The translations under genes were made by a program, and so were the position numbers. A DNA stretch of 61,748 nucleotides, filler included, from Kipferlia bialata (taxonomy: Eukaryota), in the NCBI GenBank assembly GCA_003568945.1. It is 3 parts of 3 records of this genome, joined end to end, with 100 filler letters (N's around TTAATTAATTAA, not from the genome) between each part and the next. Parts side by side here need not be neighbours in the genome. Positions count along the whole stretch, not along the records: positions 24,202 to 48,280 come from BDIP01000238.1; positions 48,381 to 61,748 come from BDIP01000254.1; 1 more part is not named here. One strand, 5' to 3'. Positions 34,901 to 48,382 of the stretch are shown piece by piece; position 1 is the first letter of the stretch, and each line of letters opens with the position of its first letter. The notes beneath the pieces were generated by a model that made no database searches, had not been told where the DNA came from, and worked only from the letters and a program-made list of their open reading frames with translations.

Positions 34901-37900
34901 GCCCATCTGACCCCCTCGCCCTGTGCCTCTGGGTCGGATGGGTGGGGTGTCTGGACAGGGAGGGGGACCGCAGGGAGAGACGCGTCAGCTGGGGTGAGAG
35001 GTGGTCGTGAAAGAGTACAATGGCCATATCTGCACTACGCATATATCGACTCCAGATGTTGACTGTCCAACCTGCAGGTTTGGTGCCTTTCTCTCGAACT
35101 GGGGGAATGTGGGTAACATGCTGGGACTGGCAAGAGGGGAGGGAGGGGGGATGGACCTGGGTCAGAGAGCGATAGCATCCACTAACCATATATACCAAAT
35201 ATACCACACACATCAGACAGATATTGAGTGATAAGAGATCTTATATGACACCAACCCACCTCCTGGCTGGTCTCTTTGGGTGTGGTCTCTGCAGCGTGGC
35301 CCCTATCCCTGTACCCCCTGTGCCATCAGTCTCATCAGAGTCCACGTTCTGGCTGCTGGGGGTGAGGCAGGGGGTGTATGAATGTATCTATCTACACCAC
35401 ACAAAACTTCAATTAAGGCATGGTTCCATGAATAGATAGTGTAGTTGTGAACGAAGGACACATAGAGTATTGACATTGGACATATATCCGTATATCACCC
35501 ACCGGAATGGGATGATTGCTGCCAGCAGTTGGTCACTTGTCATACCACACCCAGTGTCCTGGGGATGAGGGTGGGTGGGGGCTAGTATATATATATATAT
35601 ATATATATGGGGAAATTCAACTCAATCTACAACCCCAGATACTATCACCAAATGCACCTGCACCACTATGGACACCCACACTGTGTTGGGTTCGTCTGTC
35701 TCAGGGGCAGACGTGATGAGAAGGGTATTGTCCTGGTATCAGTGGCTTAAAGGCATGTGTGCTTCGAAAATATGCCCAGATGGATACCAACTGTCAGAGT
35801 TCTTTTGACACAGACGAACATCCCACCTCGAAGAAGACCTCTGTGGGTGTCATTCTCTCCACAAATGCCCTCCCCAGTGATACTGCATGTCTCTCAGTCC
35901 AGTCCTCCTTGTCAACCCTGGGGGTGAGGGTATGGTGTACTATACCTCATATAGAACACATCCCACTACACATACCTCACTATCCAGGACGGTCTAGACA
36001 GCACTGCCCTGACAGACACCTCACCAGCATCGGTGGACTGGGGGGTAAGGAGGGGGAGGGAATGTGGGTGCATTCGATATGTAGGGATACTGTCCATGGT
36101 CATGTACCTGGATAGCGTTTGCCACCAGATTGCACACCGTCTGTCGCATCCTGATGCTGTCACCTGGGGTGTGATGCGAAACAGTACGAAAGGTCTCATG
36201 TAGAAATTAGTACACATACGAGGAATGAGACTGTTCATTGCCTACAAGGCACCGCTATTCTATATATCAGAATCCACCCCTCTGTCTGCCAATTCGTCTC
36301 ACCTGACGCCAGCACCGGCACATCTCCATTGACGTTGGATGACAGGATGATACCCTTGAGGGAGGCCTAGGGGTGGGAGAGGGTGACAGAGATGGGGCAT
36401 GTGATCATGGACTACTAATATGACACAGTCAGAAAAGAGTGACCCACCGTATCCCACCTTAGGAGTGAACAGATCCACTGACGTCTCGACCGTCTCGACC
36501 ATAGACACCACACTCTTCCTATACAGGCTGGGGCTGGGGGTCAGGGACATTATCAGTAGTTGTCAGATGGACCGGGACAGGTCACAGGGTAGGGGTATGT
36601 ATACTAGGAGACACCAGAGAGAGCATCCAACCCGTACCCTCCCTTGGGGTCCCCAAATGCCAGTATCTCGTCACTGCTCTTGATCAACAGTTCCATGGAG
36701 CATGCTATGGTGGAGATGCGGGAGAGCTGGGGGTCAGGGGGACATACACGCAGCTATATATACATGTAGAGACATACTATGATACCTGCACCAGTTGCAT
36801 GGGGGACTCCAGCAGTCTAGACAGGTTCTCGAATATGCAGGAGAGGATACGACGGATGTCGGAGGACAGCACCTGGGCAGGTAAGGTTAGTTGGTGGGTA
36901 AAGTCTACAGACCCGTACTTTCACATTTATCAATCAGTACTCTGACTAGGACTGATACAACCCCCCGTACCTCGAGGAACCTGAGCTTCGCCTGGTTCTC
37001 TGCACTGACCCTGGCCAGCTCTGAGTCGATGAAGGAGATGCGCTTGTGGTTGGCAGCCTGGGGTTAGGGGAGGTGGTCTCATTGAATATGACCTGCAGAT
37101 GTCGAAGCTCAAGTGTATGTACACGTCCATCCACATCCACCCACCATGCCGTTGAATATCATGAGCATGTTGAACAACAGCAATACATCCTAAAACACAC
37201 ATGGTATATATATCCACTCCATTCATACCATCCCGTTGAATATCATGAGCATGTTAAACAGCAGCTCCAGCTTGAACCCAGGCAGTAGTGAGGGGGTGTC
37301 GGGGGAGGGGGCCTTGCCAGAGTCACTCTGGGGGTGGGGTCGGGGTTCAGATATATATATATATATATACAGATATACTATGGACACTGGCATGAAGTAT
37401 CACCTACAATACAGACCGTCGAATATGGGACGGTGTTAAAGTGTTTGGACTCGTAACGGGTACGACTGGAAGCATAGGATCAATATAACCCCTCTTTCGC
37501 ATAGGGTAGAACACATGTATGTATAGATACAGTGTACTCACCATGTCGCGTGTCCTGTTGACCCCTATCACAAATGACCCCATGCATAGAAGATAGGCCT
37601 CCTCCACACTGCTGTCATCCTGGGGGTCAGCACACATATGCATATCTCTATCGGGAACAGACAGGGGTTCCATAGGCACATTTGATATCCAATATTGACA
37701 CGTACCTCCCAACTTGTCACAAACACACTGTACTGCTTGTGCCTTCTGCTGGGCCACAGGCTGGGGGTGAAGATGTTATGGAATGAGTCAACGTGTCCCC
37801 ATAGCCAAAAATCCTTCAGATCCCTTCCTTCCAAACCACTGCGACTAGATGATGAGATACTGATACTGATACTGATACAAGTACCATGAGCACAACCCAC

Positions 37901-40900
37901 CTCTCAATAGGCACTCTGAACATGCTGATACTGTCGTTGCTATACAGGGCAGGCACAGGCTTGGAAAAGTCACTCTCAATGACGCTGGGGGTCAAAGGGG
38001 AGTACATATAACACACAATGAGTAATTGTACATGTAGTGTCATCAGTCAAGTATACCTGTGCTCATTCCAGTCCAGGGGGGAGTGCATGCCCTGTTCCAC
38101 CTGACCAGAGTCCAGGTGGCCTAGGGGTGAGACATTGAGAAACATGTGAATTCAAAGTACATACTAATGCTGTTCTCTAGTCTGACACCATTAATCCTCA
38201 CCCGTCTCTTCCCCCCTCGGTCCATGGGTAGACATGTTCTCCGACCTACCCCTCTGCCGCTCCCTATCTCTCTGTCTCTCTCTGACGCTCCGCCTAGGGT
38301 TCCCGTCCAGCCCGGCCTTGGCCCGCAGACTGGCCTGGTGCACCTGGGGTGAGGGAATAGTCCGATACCTTAAACAGTACATATAGAGATAGAGACTCTC
38401 CCCACCTTCTCACTGAGTAGCTTCTGGTCGTGTCTTCTGTACACGGCGACAAAGCCAGAGTCGGATATGTTCTCGGGTCGGGGGAAGAAGGCGTCTGGGG
38501 GGTGAGGTTATGTATAGTACTCCGGTCATAGCATTCACAGACACCACTATGCACGTACCTGTTGGCACGTACTGGGTGCCTGATCCAATGATGAGGTCAG
38601 AGCCCAGCCTGGGAGTGAGGGTGGTACATGGACATACAGTACATACTATGATCACAACACATATACACATACCTCGACAGCGTCTGCAGCGTCCACCCGT
38701 TGGGTGCAGGTATCAGTGCGAACATGGCAGCTGAGCCCACGTCATCACAGATGTCAATGACAGCGGAGACCTGGGGGAATGAGAGTGTGTAAGAATACAT
38801 GTTATGTATGCAGACTATATATGGATATACATATGCCACCCACCATGACTTGCGCTGCCTCTCTCGGGTTGACATCTGCCCCTGCCGCTGTCCTGAAGGC
38901 AAACTGGGCAAAGTGCTTGCCTGGGATTAGTATATGTATCTCAATCTGGCGTGTACTTGAGATTATGGCAATCATACCCAAGTAGTAGAAGGGATGTCAA
39001 TACAGAAAGAGAGTTTGAGTTACGAACATGTCTCGTCCTTGGCTATGGCCGCCTTGAGCCTCTTCTGGGCTATGGAGAGACGCCTGGGGTGAGAGAGATC
39101 CATATCAGAGAGGATGCCCGTTCTACTATAAGTATGCCACCCACCTCGCCAGCCTGTCTCTGTCCACGGGCATGTCTCTGTCACTGGGCTGGGTGGGGAT
39201 GTGCATGGAGTGCACACGGTCACTCTCCCGCTGCCTCTCTCTCTCCCTACCTCTGGCAGACGAGGACTGGGTCTCGCGGTGTCTGGGGTGATATTACCAA
39301 ATAGTCACACAATAGTACATATACATACACGCATATATATATATATATATATACATGCCCCCTCACCTTGACGGAGGGTATGCCTCTGTGACTGCCACCT
39401 CCGACCTGACACTCTCACACAGCAGTATGTCAGTCTCTGTCTGCACAAAGTGCCTTGTCATGATAGACCAGGCAGACAGATACGTGATGGTGATGCTCAC
39501 TAGAAGCTGGGGGGGTGAGGGGGGGGGGGAGAGGTAGATACTCTATATATCTAATACACGCCAGTATACATACACACATACTATAGACACACACACCAGT
39601 ATAATTACTCCACATACCTCCACCAACAGGGGTGTGTGTGCCGCAGAGTACGGGTCTGGACTGACAACACCCGCCAGGGTACCTAGCAGAATGCAGGACT
39701 GGAGTGGGGGTAAGTGAACAGTGTAGAAAACATACATAGCCACTCCACATACCTCTATCACTGGCACCGATGGTCCGTACACCACCAGACTGCCATAAAG
39801 GATGAAGGGGGTGAGCAGCAGGCCTGAAAGGTGAGAAGAACACCATACATATACAACAGTAATATCCATGGGGATAACAGAATCAACACACTATTAGTGC
39901 CCCTACCTGCACAGTAGAAGGGCGAGTCCTGGTTGAACATAAGCCAACAGCACACAAAGACTAGGCCAAAGAGCACTAGCAGCAGAGGGGTGTGGATGTG
40001 GGACAGCAGAACCTGGGGTAAGACTAATAGGGATTGGGGCAGTATTGGTATATCCTGGTAACACCAGAAGTCCCATACCTCTCTGTCACTCTCCCCCTCG
40101 CTCTCTGTGTCCCTATCCCACGTCTGTGTCTGGCTGGGAGAGAGGGTAGAGATGGTGTGTGTGTCTGACCCTGTCTCCCAGTCTCTCTCCCTCAGGGTAT
40201 GTGCGACAGAGGGGGCACCGTCTGTGTCACCCTCAGAGACAGACGCAAGGGCAGCAGTGGCTGGGGTTGGTGCTATATATGCAAGTATATATGGGTACAG
40301 GATACGTATGGTAAGAGCAAGTACCTATACTCGCCGTTGGTGCTGGGGCTCTGCCAGACAAGGGGTGTCTGGATATGCTTCAGTGAGGGGACAGGTATGC
40401 GTGTATGACAATACATGAAGATGAGTAAGGTGTAGCACCCCTCCCCACCTCCTAGCCAGCAGTCTCCTCTGCCTGGCTGCCAGGTGTGCTATATGGGTGT
40501 ATTGTGCCATGGATGGACTGAAGACTAGCAGGGACACCAGGACACTGGATGCAGAGAGCACAGCATGGAGGTTGAATGCATTCACAAGCTCCCTGGAGTA
40601 AGGGGGTAGACATATACTGATATACCCTACTAAATCATGCACATAACATACATATCGGTACCTGTTCCAGAAGTGTCTGATACACGTCCACAGGGACTGT
40701 AGGGTGACAGGGGCATCGGACTGGGTCAGACAGAGAGGGGGAAGTACAGACAGTAATGTAGGGACTCCCACATCTTAGGGTTGTACAGGAAATCCCGTCC
40801 ACCCTCCTACCTGTATGTATTGGGTTAGCATGGTGCCCGACCCGGTGTGCAGCACTTGCAGAGAGGTATGCGTCACTGGGGTTAGGAGCCATGAGCAGAG

Positions 40901-42322
40901 TGGTACTACATAGAGATGCTTTAGCGGTGATTGACTAACACTCTTCCAATCGCGTTGTAAAACCACATAGCATATCGCCATTGTATGTATAGTGGGGTAA
41001 ATAGGATAGTACCATGACCACAATACCTGACACTATCCCCAACAGGAGGAAGAGGGGCACCTTGGACCCATACGGTCCCTCTCCTGACTAGGGGTGAGTG
41101 CATGTACAGAGGGGATAGACGACTGTAGGAATCTATAGAGCAAAATGAAACAAATCTCAGGGAGAAGGCCAGCCTGATGCTCATATGATATCAAACACTA
41201 CACAGAGAGACGTATGCAGTCGTACCGTTATCTCCAGGGCCCCGTCCTTCACCAGAATGTCACCCGCATACACCTGGGGTGTTATATACAACGTTATACG
41301 ATACTATACATATATCTACACTGATAATGAGGTCTCCTTCTTATCCCTGACGGATACAAAAGAGAAGGATAGACGGACAGTGAGAGACCACCACTGCCAC
41401 CCCCACCTCTGTGAGGTATACCCCCAGGACAAGTACAAGGGTCTCCACAACTAGGAGCACAGAGGGGGAGAGGATACCCAGGAAGGAAGGGTCGGATCTG
41501 GGGGGATGGGAGGGGGGTAGAAAGCCAGGATGAAGGGTGTGTGGGGAGAGACGGTTGTAGAATTGGACTTGATATATAATTATTGACATGTAGCTTGGTG
41601 TATGGAATACCTGTGGAATAGGTAGTACCGGATGAGGCCTGGGAGAATGTATCCTGAGATGAATAGGAGTGGGAGATAGTGGGGTGGAGGGGATGGCGGA
41701 GATAGGGGGAGAAGGAGGGGTGAGTCTGGACAAGAGTGAATGAGTATGACTATATCACACTACACGGTGACAGTGAGTGGCACCCAGACATATTCATATG
41801 CCCAAATCGGCCCAATCCCTACCTACCACCATCTGTGCACACTGCAGGACAGACATGTACCCATACACACTGACAGACCCAGGGGGGGCAGTCTCCCTCT
41901 CCACCCTCCTCCTCCCCCTCCTCTCTCTCTCCCTCTCTCCCGCTCTCTTCCCTTGAGCGCCACTAGGGCGGGTAGAGTCAGACCCGGGGGGAGGGGGAGG
42001 GGGATGGGACAGCGCATAGCAGTGCTGGATGTCGACACCTATGGGGAGTAGGGGATGCGAACATGAAACACTATATATACACTACATACCCTCCAAACAC
42101 TTACTGACAAACCTATGAGCAGTGTGAGGACTATGCTGGGAGATATCACAAGGCCCATGCACACTCTGAGCAGGAAGAGGACAGCCATCTGGGGTGGGAG
42201 ACAGGGTAGAGGCACAGATACCATATGAACACCAACTATAGACATTGAGAGGGCAACAGCCATTACCGATGTGTCCATACCTGTACTCCCCCCACATGTC
42301 TGAGTGACTCATCGAGGGTCAT
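31914..42322 (-). CDS. Multi-TM hybrid sensor histidine kinase-like protein (TMs, possible GAF-like region, degenerate HisKA, HATPase_c, REC-like domain)
   Basis: HisKA-like AKLRFLEVLSSDIRRILSCIFENLSRLL...SMELLIKSSDEILAF. N box GDSIRMRQTVCNLVANAIQ, G1 DTGCGM, G2 GVGLGLPLVAQIMRLMRGVLRVESTPGHGT. REC-like VILFNDNPLERVCIGRCISDCG. Joining the upstream TM exons into this gene is inferred. Confidence 0.8.
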
Positions 42323-42620
42323 GAGGGACCCCGCTGACTGTGTATGTGATGAAGACACCCTGGCTCAGTCCAGTCTAAACCAAGGACCAAGGTGAGGAAC
42401 CATGGGTGGGAGGTGGCATTGACACACTGGTCTACAGCACTGCATCAGCCAAGTACATGGAGAGATCAACTGTAGAGACCACCCATCCAAAGCAGCTGTA
42501 TACTGTTCAGATACTCTCTGATAGTATCATGAATAGGTAGTACTTGATGTATCACACCGACCTTTGTGTTTCATCCGGTGAATCCACAATTGGTCTAACG
42601 GTCAGTGGCCCCGCTCTGAA

Positions 42621-43396
42621 ATGTCTCGCTACCTCTCTCTATCGTACGTCTCCCGAGTCCAAGCACTACGCCGGTATCAAGCAAGTGGCCGCCTACAGCC
42701 TCGGAGGATGGCTGGGTTAAGCCCCACTTCGCACAGAGCCAAGGCTGGTGCAGTAGGCCGGACCCTCTCCCTCACCCCGTTAGATACACAGGGCCCTGAT
42801 CCAGCACAGGCGTCGAGGGACAGGACTGGAGATGCGGCAAGCAAGGCTACAGCGCCTCGGAAGAGAGGCCGCCCCTCCCTGGCCCCCCTCGTGCCACCTG
42901 CTGCCAGGCCCGAGGATGCAATGCTAGACATAGTTGGCGGTCTTGGAGGAGGGATTCCCACACATGCTGGTAGGAATAGACCTGGCCAGAGGAAGGGGCG
43001 GATGCTGGGGTTCAGGTCCCAGGCACACTCGCCCGTGGGTGCATCTGTGCACCAGACTTGGGACGGCGCATCCCAGGCAAGATTGTACCATGATACATAC
43101 ACTAGCAGTATCATATGTATGGGGCCTCTAAGTATTTGGCATCTGATTACACTTTACACACTGGATTTGGCTCTCACCCCCAGGCCTCTGATTCCGAGGC
43201 TTCCAGCCCCGTGTCCCACCCCACCCCCCAGAGACGCATAGGCCATGGCCTGTGTGATACCTGTGGCGGCATGAGCGCATCCCTCACCCCGCCTGACTCA
43301 CCCCCCGCTCTCCCCCACCACAACCCCATCAGACCGGGGGGAGGGCGCTCTCTGAGTGCACTGGGCAGCCCCCTTCCATCGTCAGTGGCCATCAAG
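42621..43396 (+). CDS. Hypothetical protein, 5' part, with an RKRGRP (AT-hook/NLS-like) motif; interrupted by gap
   Basis: Open frame followed by an intron with an ACCCCCAG acceptor at ~43183. Confidence 0.4.
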
Positions 43397-43513
43397 GTAC
43401 AGGGAATACCATAGATATGTACATGCACAGTATGATGTACTTATTTATCTCCACTCACCACTGTCTCAAAATTAATCTCCCCCCCCCCCCCCCCCCCCCC
43501 CCCCCCGGCTCCC

Positions 43514-43909
43514 NNNNNNNNNNNNNNNNNNNNNNNNNNNNNNNNNNNNNNNNNNNNNNNNNNNNNNNNNNNNNNNNNNNNNNNNNNNNNNNNNNNNNNN
43601 NNNNNNNNNNNNNNNNNNNNNNNNNNNNNNNNNNNNNNNNNNNNNNNNNNNNNNNNNNNNNNNNNNNNNNNNNNNNNNNNNNNNNNNNNNNNNNNNNNNN
43701 NNNNNNNNNNNNNNNNNNNNNNNNNNNNNNNNNNNNNNNNNNNNNNNNNNNNNNNNNNNNNNNNNNNNNNNNNNNNNNNNNNNNNNNNNNNNNNNNNNNN
43801 NNNNNNNNNNNNNNNNNNNNNNNNNNNNNNNNNNNNNNNNNNNNNNNNNNNNNNNNNNNNNNNNNNNNNNNNNNNNNNNNNNNNNNNNNNNNNNNNNNNN
43901 NNNNNNNNN
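43514..43909. other. Assembly gap flanked by poly-C
   Basis: N run. Confidence 0.99.
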
Positions 43910-44085
43910 TCTCTCTCTCCCTCCCTCCCCCCCCCCCCCCCCCCCCCCCCCTCCATGGCAGCTTCGGCTGATTTGAGCAACCCTTTCTGCAAAAATTGTC
44001 AGTGCAGCTAAGGCACTTGTCACCTTGCTCTTCACACATGTCAGGTTGTCATGGGGACTCTCCCTGACACTTATCTCTACCAATC

Positions 44086-44979
44086 ATGGACGGCAGACAT
44101 ATAAACCTGAAGGGTGATCCTGAGCAAGAGTTACGCCGCAACACGCTTCCACCTAGTCAAGAAGTCTGCGGAGTGTGTCTCGTGCCCTCCAGCTCTGTCT
44201 TTCGCTTCCCCTGTGGCCATTGCGTGTGTGCACCCTGTCTCAGGGCACATCGGTCCGGCAGAGAGTCCCACGTCTGCATGTATAGTATGTGCCTGGTGTG
44301 TGGCGAGTTATCTGTCCTCAGCGAGCCAGTGCAGAGCGAGGGCGAGTCCTCCCCTCCTCCCTCGGAGTGCTCTGACCTGCTAGACCACACCGTCTGCCTT
44401 GGAGGTGCTCTCCCCCGCCATGTTGATGAACTATCCTGCACATCCCACCACTTCAAGAGCCAAGATACCTCCCCGACAATGGCAGATGCCCTCGGTACCC
44501 TCTTTGGTATAGTCCTCTATTCAACCACACTATGTACTATCTCATTGATGGCTTGTCTCTGATCTTAGGCTATGTGGCTGAGCTTGAGTCAGCAGAGGCG
44601 AGACAGAGGCAGCGTGGAGACCGGTACAAGCTCCTCTACACCCAGGAGGTGTCAATGCGGCAGTGGGACATGGAGGAGGCAGAGGGCAGGTAGGCATCAC
44701 TAGAAATCTAGTACACTACCCAAGTCTATATTGCCTCTCTTACCCCCTAGGACTGAGAGGATGCGGCAGTGTGCCACTGAGGCATATCTATCAGCGAGAA
44801 AGGCAGACCAGACCTCCATAGCAGATGGCATAGCAAGAGAGGAGGCAGAGAGAGAGGCAGAGAGGCTCAAGGCACTGCTGATAGAGAGAGAGAGAGTCTG
44901 GAGAGAGAAGACTGAGCAACTGATGCAGAGGGCGGAGAAGGCTGAAGGGATGGTGCTGTCCCAGACATGTGGGGACTGA
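44086..44979 (+). CDS. C3HC4 RING finger plus coiled-coil protein (3 exons)
   Basis: CGVC...PCGHCVCAPC...CLVC followed by E/R/A-rich exons ending QTCGD*. Confidence 0.75.
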
Positions 44980-45117
44980 ATAAACACACTCAACCACTGG
45001 TCACACGATCTATATACACAGGAGCACATAACTTCAGAACTGCCGCACAAACACGACTTGTAAAAATACTGGACACCTTGAGAGCAATAAATAACACAAG
45101 CGGAGAGGTGTGTGTCC

Positions 45118-47564
45118 CTAGAGGGCGTCCAGCTCCATAAGGGCCTTGTCCATCTCCTGAGCATGTGAGACTAGGGGTTGGTCGGAGCCTGACCCGGCAC
45201 TCCACTGGTCTGAGTAGTCGACAGTGTGGTACATGTGCCTGAACTCATCCTCGACCCCAGTCTTGGAGAGGAGAGGGAGGTTGAGGGGGAGGGAGGGGCA
45301 GTCCAGGGCGCCGGGGACACTCCCCTCCTGCCCCTCCACCACCTCTGTCTGCCTCCCCACCCATGTGGCCACGCCCTGTCTCCTCCTGTCGACATAGGGT
45401 GTGGAGGGGTCGGGAAGGAGGGACAGGGAGTGGGAGGATATGTGGGAGGCTATGCCCTCACACGCCTTCCTGGCTGTGGCACAGCAGGCATCGAGGAGGT
45501 TGAGGGGGGAGAGGGGGGAGAGAGGGGAGGGTGCCTCACATAGTGGTGCCATGGAGGGAGTGTACACTACCCGAGACCCATCCTCCCTGGCCACTCTATC
45601 AATGTCAGCCTCGACACCTGACACCCCGGACACACCAGGACACACGGTGTAGGAGAGAGAGAGAAGGAGTACCTCAGCTAGGGGTACCTCTGCACCCAGG
45701 AGACCACCCCTAAGCAGACTGTCAATACACTCCTCCCACCTGTCTGGTGCCTCTGCCCCACTGTCACCCCAGACATAGAGTACGGCCTGGGCACTGCGCC
45801 TGGTGGGCTTGGTCACATAGACCCAGAGCGAGTGAGTGTCAGACCTGACCAGTGCCGGTAGGGGGTGGGGGTAGGTGACGGGCTGGGGGGGGAGAGACAC
45901 AGCAACCCACGTCATGTGCACAGGTGCTATGCTCTGGGAGGGGGTAGAGGGGGGTGCCACGAGCAGCCGTGTCCGCACCACACCCTGACTGGTCTGACAC
46001 TGCACTAAGGGGGTGGGGTCCACATAGGGTGGGAGGGTGGGGTGGGCATTCTCTGCCTCATCTGCACCCTCTGTACAGGCACCCTCCCCCTGTGCCTTCT
46101 CCTCTGCCTCTGCCTCTTCCTGTCTCTCTCCCTCTGTCGATGGACTCGGGGCCATACTCAGCTCCACACTGCTGAGCCCAGCACCTAGGACATAGTTACA
46201 GGAGTGCACCGCTGCCAGTCTGCTAAAGGCCTGGGGTCAGTGAGGCACTCAGCATGTATATATATACATATCAATCTATATATCAGCACATCATACCTGG
46301 GGTATGTCTGCCATTCCATAGGGCAGAGACAGGAGACAGTGGGGGGAGCGGAACAGACCGTACCCAGCTAGGAACCTGGGGTCAAGGGACACACCATATA
46401 TAGAGTGTGAGGAATGAAGCAGAGTAGCAGTGCCACCCCCCACCTTGAGAACTGCTGCACCCCCTCCCTGGCCGACATGGCTGCTGGGTCTCTGCCCTCT
46501 AGCATGCACCCCACGCACAGGAGGTGCCCTGCCCGCACCACTGCCTCTCCCTCTCTCTTCAGCACCCTACTCACAAGGCCCAGGAAGGTGTCCTCGGCTA
46601 TGAGGCTCTCCTCAACTAGGCCAGAGGGAGAGTCAGCCCGGCTGGCCTGGGTGTCTCCGAGGCCTGCCTGTGCCGCCACTGTGCCCTCCCTGGGTGCTGC
46701 CTTGAGGGCATAGGGGGCGTGGGACTTGACCCACTCGGTCAATGCCTTGAGCAGCTTGTGCACATACCTGGGGGGAGAGAATGGCATGCAGTAATATGGT
46801 AAACAAACAGGATACATAGCACACTCTCAAGATACACCAGGGTTGGTACCTCTTCTCTGTGGCGCTCTGGAAGAGTGTCTTGTTTGCAAAGAGTGACCTA
46901 GGGTCTGTGGGCAGGGTCAACAAGGTAGCGGCCTCGCCCTCTGTCTGGGACTCTGTCAGGAACATGGGTGGGTACACTGGGTGGAACGAGGTGTACTTGG
47001 CCACCTAGAGGTTAGTTACAGATGAGATAAGTGTGTAAGTAGAGGCAATGTCGTACCTTGGCTGCCACCACTGAGGATATGGTGGGGGAGGAGGCATAGA
47101 CTATGCCGGGGAGCACACACCACTCTAGGCGGGAGAGAGAGGGGGGGAATACAGGGGAGATAGTCTCCCCCTCTTCCCCTGCTGTCTCTGGGGTCTGGAG
47201 ACACGCTGCCTTGATGTCTGTGAGTGTGACACCAGGTGGAAGCACAGAGGCATCATTGGAGTCCTCCTTGCCCCACCCAGACACCACAGACAGGATCTCA
47301 GACAGATAGAAGCTAGATGCGTATCCCCCATAGAAGGTGTTGTCATCCAAGACAGTAACCTGAAGGCCAGCAGCAGAGAGTGCACTGAGGAGTTAGAGGG
47401 AGTGAGAGAGTAGTGATGTCAATAATCATAATGGCAATGCATAACGACACTGATGACACATGTACACTCAGAGAGGGTCTCTGAATAGAAACGTACGCTG
47501 CTATCTGAGCCTCTACAGGACCTGTACCAAGCACAACCACATCCTGGACACCCTCTATGCTCAT
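45118..47564 (-). CDS. Rab escort protein / RabGDI family, divergent
   Basis: DVVVLGTGPVEAQIAA joins VTVLDDNTFYGGYASSF, matching GDI/REP conserved region 1. Also SATEKRYVHKLLK and SPHCLLSLPYGMADIPQAFSR. Confidence 0.85.
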
Positions 47565-47682
47565 ATGATGGTGATAGAGAAGAGGCTAGAGAGCGTTTCG
47601 TACCTTTGTTACGAATCTGGATCAGGGGTCGTTGTTGGCTTCTGAGCATGACTCTGAGTGACTCTCTACACACCCAACTAGC

Positions 47683-48057
47683 ATGACGGTCACAACGCCA
47701 GAGGTGCAGGGGCCCCGCCAAGCCGATCTTGAGGATGCCACCACTCTGTATGATGTTGCCATTGTTGGCGCAGGGTGTGTGGGAACTGTGCTTGCCAGGG
47801 CTCTGACAGCCATCGAGGGTGTCTCTGTGCTGCTCATAGAGTCCCAGGCCGAGGTTGGCCAGGTGGGTGCAGGGATATACGGCATGTTGCCATACTGAGT
47901 GGGGTGTCTTGTGTCTGTGTATTCCTTCCTGGTATCAGTGTCCGTCTGCTTGTCAACGGAAATCAGTGTATCTCTTTCCCATATTGTTATCACTCCCCCT
48001 GCTGACCCAGGGAGTGAGCAAGGCCAACTCAGGCATTGTACATGCTGGACACCACAG
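47683..48057 (+). CDS. FAD-dependent oxidoreductase, GlpA/L2HGDH-like, N-terminal exons (truncated)
   Basis: YDVAIVGAGCVG...LLIE...GQ joins GVSKANSGIVHAG. Confidence 0.85.
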
Positions 48058-48229
48058 GTATGCGTTGGTGTGTTGCCTGACTAGTGTATACAGTTTGATG
48101 TCTTCCGACCCCCACCGTCTATTTGTCATGGCTATCCAACCCTGACCCAGGTTGACTCCCACCCTACGAGGGCTCAGCTCGTCCCAGTATATACAATGTA
48201 GCTACAATGTATCTTTTGCCTGTTGATCA

Positions 48230-48280
<51 letters not shown>

Positions 48281-48380
48281 NNNNNNNNNNNNNNNNNNNN
48301 NNNNNNNNNNNNNNNNNNNNNNNNTTAATTAATTAANNNNNNNNNNNNNNNNNNNNNNNNNNNNNNNNNNNNNNNNNNNN
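48281..48380. other. Artificial scaffold linker (N44-TTAATTAATTAA-N44)
   Basis: Identical to the linker at 24102. Confidence 0.97.
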
Positions 48381-48382
48381 AC

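Noticed and set aside
43417..44083. ORFs spanning the N gap
   Set aside because: Artefacts of Ns and poly-C.
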